Part shown: one piece after another, positions 53,107-59,694 of the stretch
Numbering within the stretch: the first letter of the stretch is position 1
How the letters are laid out: each line of letters begins with the position of its first letter
Origin: a virus
Taxonomy: Duplodnaviria > Caudoviricetes
IMG/VR virus record: IMGVR_UViG_3300006169_000023
Coordinates: 1 to 59,694 of that record
Length of the DNA: 59,694 bases
Reading direction: 5' to 3' (one strand)
Notes under the pieces: model-generated
What the model was told of the DNA's origin: nothing
What the model saw: only the letters and a program-made list of their open reading frames with translations
Databases searched by the model: none
Position numbers and translations under genes: made by a program

Positions 53107-56100
53107 TCAGGTGATTGCGGTGTTGCCGTACGCGCGGCGCAGCTCCTTCTCGCGCCGGCCGAGCAGCTCGTCGATGTCCTCCGCGACGCGACGACCGACG
53201 CGATCGGCGATCTCCGGCACCGGAGTCCCCGCCGGCAGCTCGCTCGGCGTTATGGTGACCCGAACGGCGCCGTCCTCGAACACCGTCATGGCCGGCCCGG
53301 CCGCGGCGGGCAGGGTCGGGATGAGCGGCGGGGTCACCGCGTAGGCGCGGCCGGTCACCGCGGTGGCGATGACTTCCAGCGCGCGCAGCTGCCGCTCGTC
53401 CAGGTACGCGGACGTGGCCAGGTAGCCGATCATCCGGTTGGCCGTGACCTCGGTGATCGACCGGCTGACCTGGAAGCCGTTGGTCTCGCCGCCGCCGGCG
53501 CCAGCGTCGCCCGCGCCCTGGAACTGCAGCAGCAGCTGGCGGAGCTGCTCCGCGGTCAGGTCGCCGAGGTCAGCGCCGTCCCGGAGGTTCGCGATGATCG
53601 AGGCGATGATGTCGTCGCGGCGCTTCCGGCCCGCCTCTGTGGACAGGTCCAAGCCCGCGAGCTCGTCCAACTCGTCGCCGAACTCGCCGAAGCTCTTCCC
53701 CGCGGCCTTCAGCTGGCGCACCGTCTCGCGGATCCGTTCCGCTGCGTCGGTGCGCCCGAGGACCTCGAACTCGAAGGCCACCCGCGCGATGATGCCGGCC
53801 ACGTCGTCCGCGAAGGAGCCCAGGCCGCCCAGCTGCTTCTGGAGCTCCGGGGTGAGCCTGCGAATCGCCTCGAGCAGGCCGGCGCGGTCGTTGTTCGCGG
53901 CGAAGGCGGCCAGGTTCGTGTTGTAGCGCTGATCGAAGTCCTCCAGGTAGCGCTGCAGCGCGAGGGTGGCCTCGCTGTTGGTGCTGCCGGCGCCGGCGAG
54001 CCCCATCTGCCGGGCGGTGAACGCGAGGCCGGCGTTGCCCCTGAGCCCGCGCTGGCCCGCCTGCTCCAGGAGGGAGGCGATTCGGTTGAGCTGCGTGACG
54101 TCCTGAGCGCCCTGGGTGCTGCTGAGGGTGTCCCGGATCGTGTCGCGCAGATCCTCAAGCGCGCCGGTCAGATCCGAGAACATCCGTCGCAGCTGCTCGT
54201 CGCGCTGCTTCTGCTCCGGGCTCTTTCCACCGAGCCCCAGCGCCTTGCCGACGCTCTGAACCGCACTCCCGACGGAGGCGATCAGGCCGGGGATTGCGGA
54301 TAGGTCTCCCTGGACGACCGCGAAGGCGTTGGTCCCAACGCTCGCGAGGTCCGCGAGGGCGTTCGCCAGGTCGTCCGAGAGGATCCCAACCGCGTTGCCA
54401 AACTCGATGATGGCGAAGGCGTACTCCTCGACCATCTGCGCCTGCTCGCGCACACGGCGGAGGTGCTCCTGGTGGGCCTGCCGCCGCAGCTTCTCCATCT
54501 CCTCGAACTGGCGGTACTCCCGCTCGTTCGCGTCGAGCTGCCGATCCACTGCCTGCTCGTACCGCTGGCCGAAGCGAACGGCCGCCTGTTCAAACGCCCT
54601 CCGGATGTTCGTGCCCTCCTCGAGTGCACGGGACTCGGCGACGAGCACGGCCACGAACTGCTCCAGCGCGTTGAGCGTCTCTGCCGAAGGCGCGAGCTCA
54701 GCCTGCTCGGCCAGGAGGTCGCCCTTCTTCTGCAGGGTCTCGAGGCGCCCCGCGGCGGCGAGGTCCGCGCGGAGCTTCGCGAAGTTGGCCTCCATATCCG
54801 CGGGGAGCTGCTGACCGAACTTCTGCTGGGCCTCCCGGTAGAGCGCATCGAGCGCCGCTCTCTCGTCGTCGATCGCGGACGTCGTGAGCCCGCGAAGGCG
54901 CTGCGCGACTTCCTCCTGGATCCGGACGCGTTCCTCCGCGAGCTGCCTGGCGTCGGCACGGGCGCGTTCCGCGGCCTGGCGCCGCTCGGTCTCGGCGCGG
55001 CGCGCAGCAGCCAGCCGCTCCCGCTCCTCCTCCTGCTTGCGCCGGTCCGCCTCGATCCGCTCACGGATCTGCGCGTCCCGGGCGGCAGCGGCGTCCGCGG
55101 CCTGCTGGGCCGCGGTCCGAACCGGCGCGCCGCTCAGCGTCCGCAGCTCACCGGCCTCGAGCTGACGGGTGGTCTCCGCGCGACTGCGGCGGTAGGCGTC
55201 GTAGTCGAGTCCACCGGATCCATTGTTGGAGCTCCCGAAGAGGTCGTTCCAGACCTCCCGGGGCCCGTTGCGGACCAGGTTGACGACGATGTCGATCGGC
55301 TTCGAGGCGATAACGAGCAGCTGCCCGAGGCCGGCCAGGAGACCGGCCAGGCCATAGCTGACGAACTGGGTGACCTCGCGCGCGAAGTTCCGGAGCGGAA
55401 CGATCGCAGCCGCGAACGCCGCCTTCGACTCGTCAGTCCGGCGGTTCGCCTGCTCGGTCAGTCCGGCCTGCGAGCGGAGGTAATCCTCGTACGCGCCGCG
55501 CACCTTCTCGCCGTCCCGGAGCGCTGCGTCGACGATGGCGTACGACTTCGCCTGGTCGTCCAGCTGGCCGACCGAGACGCCGATCCGGTTCGCGAGCTCC
55601 TCGTAGAGAGCGGAGGGATTCTTCCCGAAGAGCTTGTCGGTACCCTCGTCGATCCCGAGGGCGGCCTGCTCGATCGCCTGCAGCGTCTGCGCGGCGGTGA
55701 GGCCCTTGGACGCGCCCAGGTCGAGGAACGCGCGCAGCGCCTCCTCGGCGACCGCGATGTCGCCCGACTTCTCGGCTAGCCGCGCGACCACGGTCGTGAG
55801 GTCGTTTGCTACGGGGATCGCGAGTCGGAAGTCGTCCTGCAGGCCTCGGGAGAGGCCCTGCAGCTGCTCCAGTTCGATCCCCGTCACGCGGGCGGTGCCG
55901 GCGAGCTTCCGATTCGACGCCTCGAGCTCGTCGAACGCCCGGACGGAGTCGCGGACGAACGACGTCAGGGTGCTGATGGTGAGGTACCCGCCGATCGCGG
56001 TCTTGAGCGGGCCGAGCGCGCGCAGCAGGCCGCCGGACATGGCCTCACCGGCCTTGCCCCCCGCGGCACCGGCCTCCGAAGCGACTCCATCGAGCCCGGT

Positions 56101-56460
56101 TCGCACGGCGCCGACGAAGCGCCCGCGGCTGTCGCGGAGGCGGCCCTCAACACCGGCGGCAACGCCCGCCCCGGCCTTCTCGCCGATCTCCCGGCCGGCC
56201 TGGCCCGCCTGCCGCTCCCCGCGCTCCATCTCGGTGAGCAGCTGCTGGACGGCGCGGCGTGCGCCATTCGCCACGCCGGCCTCGATGGCCGCGCCCGCGC
56301 GGCGGGCACCACCGCCGAGCGACCGCTCCATCCCCTGGCCCGCGCGCTTCGCCTCGGCGTCCGCCTGGCGGATCTTCGCGACCGCGCGCTGGAGAACCCC
56401 GCCAAGCTGATCATCCTTGGCGGACAGCTCCCAGAAGATCTCGTCGATCCGCTGACCCAT
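53107..56460 (-). CDS. tail tape measure protein
   Basis: About 1117 aa, Ala-rich and helical; RDSRGRF motif; GAGGGAG RBS before ATG 56460; upstream of Dit. Confidence 0.9.
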   Translation of the reverse strand: MGQRIDEIFWELSAKDDQLGGVLQRAVAKIRQADAEAKRAGQGMERSLGGGARRAGAAIEAGVANGARRAVQQLLTEMERGERQAGQAGREIGEKAGAGVAAGVEGRLRDSRGRFVGAVRTGLDGVASEAGAAGGKAGEAMSGGLLRALGPLKTAIGGYLTISTLTSFVRDSVRAFDELEASNRKLAGTARVTGIELEQLQGLSRGLQDDFRLAIPVANDLTTVVARLAEKSGDIAVAEEALRAFLDLGASKGLTAAQTLQAIEQAALGIDEGTDKLFGKNPSALYEELANRIGVSVGQLDDQAKSYAIVDAALRDGEKVRGAYEDYLRSQAGLTEQANRRTDESKAAFAAAIVPLRNFAREVTQFVSYGLAGLLAGLGQLLVIASKPIDIVVNLVRNGPREVWNDLFGSSNNGSGGLDYDAYRRSRAETTRQLEAGELRTLSGAPVRTAAQQAADAAAARDAQIRERIEADRRKQEEERERLAAARRAETERRQAAERARADARQLAEERVRIQEEVAQRLRGLTTSAIDDERAALDALYREAQQKFGQQLPADMEANFAKLRADLAAAGRLETLQKKGDLLAEQAELAPSAETLNALEQFVAVLVAESRALEEGTNIRRAFEQAAVRFGQRYEQAVDRQLDANEREYRQFEEMEKLRRQAHQEHLRRVREQAQMVEEYAFAIIEFGNAVGILSDDLANALADLASVGTNAFAVVQGDLSAIPGLIASVGSAVQSVGKALGLGGKSPEQKQRDEQLRRMFSDLTGALEDLRDTIRDTLSSTQGAQDVTQLNRIASLLEQAGQRGLRGNAGLAFTARQMGLAGAGSTNSEATLALQRYLEDFDQRYNTNLAAFAANNDRAGLLEAIRRLTPELQKQLGGLGSFADDVAGIIARVAFEFEVLGRTDAAERIRETVRQLKAAGKSFGEFGDELDELAGLDLSTEAGRKRRDDIIASIIANLRDGADLGDLTAEQLRQLLLQFQGAGDAGAGGGETNGFQVSRSITEVTANRMIGYLATSAYLDERQLRALEVIATAVTGRAYAVTPPLIPTLPAAAGPAMTVFEDGAVRVTITPSELPAGTPVPEIADRVGRRVAEDIDELLGRREKELRRAYGNTAIT

Positions 56461-56478
56461 GGGTCTCCCTCGGCGGGG

Positions 56479-56528
56479 AAAACGAGAAAGCCCGACCAAC
56501 CCCGGGGAAGGGGATTGATCGGGCTCTC
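56479..56528 (-). terminator. intrinsic terminator/attenuator ahead of the tape measure gene (cassette 3)
   Basis: GAGAGCCCGATCAATCCC...GGGGTTGGTCGGGCTTTC then TCGTTTT. Confidence 0.85.
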
Positions 56529-56539
56529 GATGGAACCTC
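56521..56539 (-). promoter_or_regulatory. tandem GAGnnnCC box, cassette 3
   Basis: GAGGTTCC-ATC-GAGAGCCC; both boxes identical to cassette 2. Confidence 0.78.
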
Positions 56540-56572
56540 GGTCGGGGGCCGCACCTCGCGGCCTGCGTTTCA

Positions 56573-56602
56573 AACCTACTCGGCGGCCGCGGGCGAGGTC
56601 AA
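56573..56602 (-). promoter_or_regulatory. sigma70-type promoter, cassette 3
   Basis: TTGACC-N18-TAGGTT. Confidence 0.7.
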
Positions 56603-56612
56603 CGGCGACGGT

Positions 56613-57473
56613 TCAGCGGCCGAGCAGGTCCTCTGCCTCCGCCTCGCGCGCGGCGGCGGAGCCCAGCTCGATCCCCACCATCAGGGATGCCAGCGACCGG
56701 CCGTCGGCGATCTCCGCGGGCGGCCGCCGCTCTCGCGCGGCGACTCCGGCGATCAGCCCGCCCCAGGTGAACCGGTGCGCCTTCTCACCCGCCGTGCGCG
56801 GCGCCAGGCGCTTGGCGGCGTAGATCCGGAGCGCGTTGACCTCCCAGTAGGCGCGGTGGATCTGCCAGAGGTCGACCGGCGAGAAGCTTTCGAACCGCGC
56901 CCGGAACCCGGCCGGATATTCCGCGCGAAATGCTGGCCCGGGGCTGCACGCCTGGGCGGCGATCTCGGCGAGGATGACGACCTGGGCGCGCGCCACCTCC
57001 GCGATCATCTCGCTGACGGGTGCCTCAGCCTTGCCGCTGGCCTGGATCGCCTCCAGCGCGGACCGGCGGTCGCAGAGCCAGTCCAGCCATTCGTCCTGGT
57101 CCTGCAGCCACAGCAGCGCGTGGATGCCCTTCGGATGGACGTTGACGGTCCCGCCGGAGGTCGCGACGGGCACCGGCTTATCGGAGAGCGCGGCAACGGC
57201 GGCGAGCTCCGCGGCCGCGTCCATGTCCGCGCGCTTCCCGGGCTTCGCGCCGCCGCCTCCGGAACTCACTCCCTTCAGGCGCAGGAGCTGGCCGTACCGG
57301 AAGACCCAGGTCCAGAGGTCGACCGGTTCGTCGTCGGGCCAGAACGCGGCGATCTCCGACTCCGCCGCGAGTTCCCGCTGCCTCAAATGCGAGCGGAGCC
57401 GGCGGCACGAGTCCGCCAGCTCCTGCTCGGATGCGAAGAGGCGCAGGGACCTGCTGACCTCCCGCTTCTTCAT
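56613..57473 (-). CDS. probable tail assembly chaperone
   Basis: Position between the tail tube and tape measure genes; ATG 57473. Confidence 0.55.
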   Translation of the reverse strand: MKKREVSRSLRLFASEQELADSCRRLRSHLRQRELAAESEIAAFWPDDEPVDLWTWVFRYGQLLRLKGVSSGGGGAKPGKRADMDAAAELAAVAALSDKPVPVATSGGTVNVHPKGIHALLWLQDQDEWLDWLCDRRSALEAIQASGKAEAPVSEMIAEVARAQVVILAEIAAQACSPGPAFRAEYPAGFRARFESFSPVDLWQIHRAYWEVNALRIYAAKRLAPRTAGEKAHRFTWGGLIAGVAARERRPPAEIADGRSLASLMVGIELGSAAAREAEAEDLLGR

Positions 57474-57477
57474 CGCA

Positions 57478-58200
57478 TCAGGCCCACTGGTAGTAGGCCT
57501 TCCGCCCGGCGATCGCCGACAGCGGGGTCGGCACACCGGATCCGGTGTTGTAGGTCACCTCGCCGGTGGGCGTCAGCTCCGCGCCCCAGAACTCGACCCG
57601 GTGGGTCGTGCCGTCCTCGCGGGTGCCCTGCAGCGCGACGGAGATGTTCCGGAGGCTCCGCTCCTTCTTGTAGTCCACCACCAGGCGGGAGGGAGAGGCC
57701 TCGGTACCGGCGCCGGCGATGTCGCCCGGATCGATGCCGTGCGAGTAGGCGATGTGCTCCAGGTCGGCCCCGTGCACCGCCCAGCTCGGCAGGTAGTCCG
57801 CGTAGCTGCAGAGCCGAGTCACGAACCCGTGCGTCGCCGAGCGGAGCACGGTCTCGTTCGAGTCGCGGCCCACCCGGCAGCCCTCGTCGGTCACCAGGCC
57901 GATGTCGATCTCCTCCCGCTCGACGACGGCCGCGCCGTTCTGGTGGGCGAACGCCAGGGCGTCGCGCACCGTGACCACCGCACCCACCGGCGCGCCGTCG
58001 ACGACGACCTCCTCGATCAGGTTCCCGGCGCTGATGCGCAGCCGGTCGCCGTCCGCGATGCCGACGGCGCTCGCTACCGTGATCGTCGTGTCGCCGATGT
58101 TCGCGGCCGCCGCTAGCGTCGTGCTCGCGCCGCCCGACTTGTCCTGGAGCAGGGACACGGAGTCCAGCTCGCCAATGACCTCGCCGCTATCGTTGCGCAT
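57478..58200 (-). CDS. major tail tube protein
   Basis: Position after the tail terminator; DIG.VT..G; G.R.DG.T..V.F; GAGGTG RBS. Confidence 0.65.
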   Translation of the reverse strand: MRNDSGEVIGELDSVSLLQDKSGGASTTLAAAANIGDTTITVASAVGIADGDRLRISAGNLIEEVVVDGAPVGAVVTVRDALAFAHQNGAAVVEREEIDIGLVTDEGCRVGRDSNETVLRSATHGFVTRLCSYADYLPSWAVHGADLEHIAYSHGIDPGDIAGAGTEASPSRLVVDYKKERSLRNISVALQGTREDGTTHRVEFWGAELTPTGEVTYNTGSGVPTPLSAIAGRKAYYQWA

Positions 58201-58208
58201 CTCTCACC

Positions 58209-58625
58209 TCAGCCACGGAAGATGGTGAACTCGCCCTCAAGATCCCGCCGCCGTCCGGGGCGGCCCCACTCCGACAATTCGGGACGGCCGGTCCACCGGA
58301 TCCGCCCGTTGATGTTCTGATCGGCCAGCGCCGAGGTCCTCAGCACTTCCTCCCAGCGGTCCAGGATCCGGCTCTCGAGCCCCTGGGCGCCCCCGTCGAC
58401 GAAGACGCTCAGCTGGATCCGTCCGATCACCGCGTTGCCGGTCCCGCTTCCGAAGCGGTGGACCTCCAGGTGCAGGGCCGTGATCGGGCGCGCGTTCGCG
58501 CCCTCGTCGCCCCACTCCACCACCGGGTGCGGGTTGTCCGCGTGCAGCTCCACCAGTCCGCCCGGATCGGTGTCTGCCTCCGCGATCGCGACGATCGCCG
58601 CCTGCAGGTCGAATTCATTCACCAC
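58209..58625 (-). CDS. tail terminator protein
   Basis: 138 aa, LQ.AI...D..L..L start, Q.SVF; canonical position. Confidence 0.6.
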   Translation of the reverse strand: MVNEFDLQAAIVAIAEADTDPGGLVELHADNPHPVVEWGDEGANARPITALHLEVHRFGSGTGNAVIGRIQLSVFVDGGAQGLESRILDRWEEVLRTSALADQNINGRIRWTGRPELSEWGRPGRRRDLEGEFTIFRG

Positions 58626-59124
58626 GGGCGAGCTCCCGTCTCACCAGGTCGATCATCCGCGGCCGCGCCCGTTCGAACGCGCGAGTCGCGTGGGGCCGGG
58701 GTGCGATGGTGATCCCGCCGGGGTGGTTCGTGACGCCGTAGTGCAGGTACAGCAGGCTCTCCCGGTTCGACCCCACCCGCAGCTTGTCCGCGTCGGTATC
58801 GTCCACCGCGATGCTGCTCGCGGAGACGCCGCTGTCCTTCGCCGGCGATTCACCGGGCGCGCTCGCCCGGTGGTCCGCCCTTGTCCGCTTCACACCGCTA
58901 CGGTCCCGGATCGGGATGACCCGGGCGCCCTTCGTGATGAAGCGGAGCCCTGCCTCGTAGGTCCGGCCGCTGCCCGGCTGGCTCAGCTCCTCGACCCAGT
59001 CGCCGCGGAAGCTCTCCGCGGCCACCCGCAGCGCCCGCCTCACCCGCGGAGACTTGGCGCCCAGCTCGCGCAGCAGCTCGCCTGCTCCCGCGATGAGCGT
59101 CCACCCCGGCTTCCGGTTGGCCAT
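58615..59124 (-). CDS. HK97 gp10-like tail completion/neck protein
   Basis: H.ASAPGE.PA.DSG....SI, L.YG, IAPRP. Confidence 0.75.
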   Translation of the reverse strand: MANRKPGWTLIAGAGELLRELGAKSPRVRRALRVAAESFRGDWVEELSQPGSGRTYEAGLRFITKGARVIPIRDRSGVKRTRADHRASAPGESPAKDSGVSASSIAVDDTDADKLRVGSNRESLLYLHYGVTNHPGGITIAPRPHATRAFERARPRMIDLVRRELARGE

Positions 59125-59129
59125 CCGCG

Positions 59130-59507
59130 TTACCCAGCGGACGGGGCCGGGAGGAAGGCAGCCTCAGCCTTCCGGTGCGGCAAGTGCGCGTGCTCGTGGA
59201 CCCACCGAACCGCCAGCCACCGTCCCAGGTACTTCCCCGAGGTGACCAAGAGCTCATCGCCGAGGGTCCGCGCCTGGTCGTCCGGGCCCCTCACGTCCGT
59301 GTCCGGGTCCAGCGTCACCAGCAGCTCGGCGTCCGGCACCAGCCCCAGGCCCTTCCGCTCGGCTCCCGCGCGCTTCACCTGGATCCGGCAGCGGATCCCC
59401 TCGGTGTCCTCGTGGGTCCGGGTGGTCTGACCGTTGACGATCTCCGCCGTGTACCGGCGGCGGGTCACCTCGTCGATCAGCAACTCGGTCAGCGCCGGAT
59501 TCGGCAC
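59130..59507 (-). CDS. head closure (stopper) protein
   Basis: 125-aa beta-rich ORF between the adaptor and gp10-like genes. Confidence 0.6.
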   Translation of the reverse strand: MPNPALTELLIDEVTRRRYTAEIVNGQTTRTHEDTEGIRCRIQVKRAGAERKGLGLVPDAELLVTLDPDTDVRGPDDQARTLGDELLVTSGKYLGRWLAVRWVHEHAHLPHRKAEAAFLPAPSAG

Positions 59508-59510
59508 TGG

Positions 59511-59694
59511 TTACTCCGAGGCGCTGCGGCCCCTCCCGCGGGGCGGTACCGCCTCCGGGGTCTCCCCCGTGCTCGCCGGCGTCTCCTCGACGTAGCGCGC
59601 GCACTTCACCCGGCTCACCAGCTTGTCGGCCAGGTAGGGCGAGAGCGTGAGCTCGGTGCCCTTGGCGTGCTCGGCGTGGTCGCTCGTCAGGACG
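59511..59694 (-). CDS. 3' part of the junction-spanning ~70-aa protein
   Basis: ...VKCARYVEETPASTGETPEAVPPRGRGRSASE-stop, continuing from ATG 116. Confidence 0.8.
   Translation of the reverse strand, partial: VLTSDHAEHAKGTELTLSPYLADKLVSRVKCARYVEETPASTGETPEAVPPRGRGRSASE
59608..59694. repeat. 87-bp terminal direct repeat, right copy
   Basis: Identical to 1..87. Confidence 0.97.

Noticed and set aside
56613-57473. Programmed G/GT-type frameshift in the tail chaperone
   Set aside because: A single ORF fills the interval; I found no convincing slippery site or second frame

Overview
The window is an apparently complete circular genome of a GC-rich, temperate, siphovirus-like phage. Bases 1-87 are identical to 59608-59694, and a small gene reads through that junction, giving a unit length of about 59,607 bp. 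Most genes are on the minus strand. A Cro-like gene and a repressor/ImmA pair form the switch at 36.5-38.3 kb. A long leftward early operon (36.8 to 10.9 kb) encodes an acyl carrier protein, a Gp3-like recombinase, a PD-(D/E)xK nuclease, an SbcC-like ATPase, a PolX/5'-3' exonuclease fusion, a giant ParB, Xis/Int, an HNH protein, a J-domain protein, the initiator with its origin, a DnaC-like loader, RuvC and a phosphatase. Packaging, head, tail and lysis modules follow, and a rightward accessory block lies at 38.3-41.8 kb. The top finding is a four-copy late-gene control cassette: a sigma70-type promoter, a tandem GAGnnnCC-N2-3-GAGnnnCC box, and an intrinsic terminator whose 5' arm contains the second box. 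One copy sits ahead of each of the packaging, head, tape-measure and lysis units. The first gene behind the first copy is a Mu Com-like zinc-finger protein, which suggests an auto-amplifying RNA-binding antitermination switch. The second finding is a probable attP in the middle of the early operon, covered by a translationally coupled ORF, so integration would disconnect the replication genes from the lytic promoter. All protein family calls come from motif recognition by eye; no searches were run.
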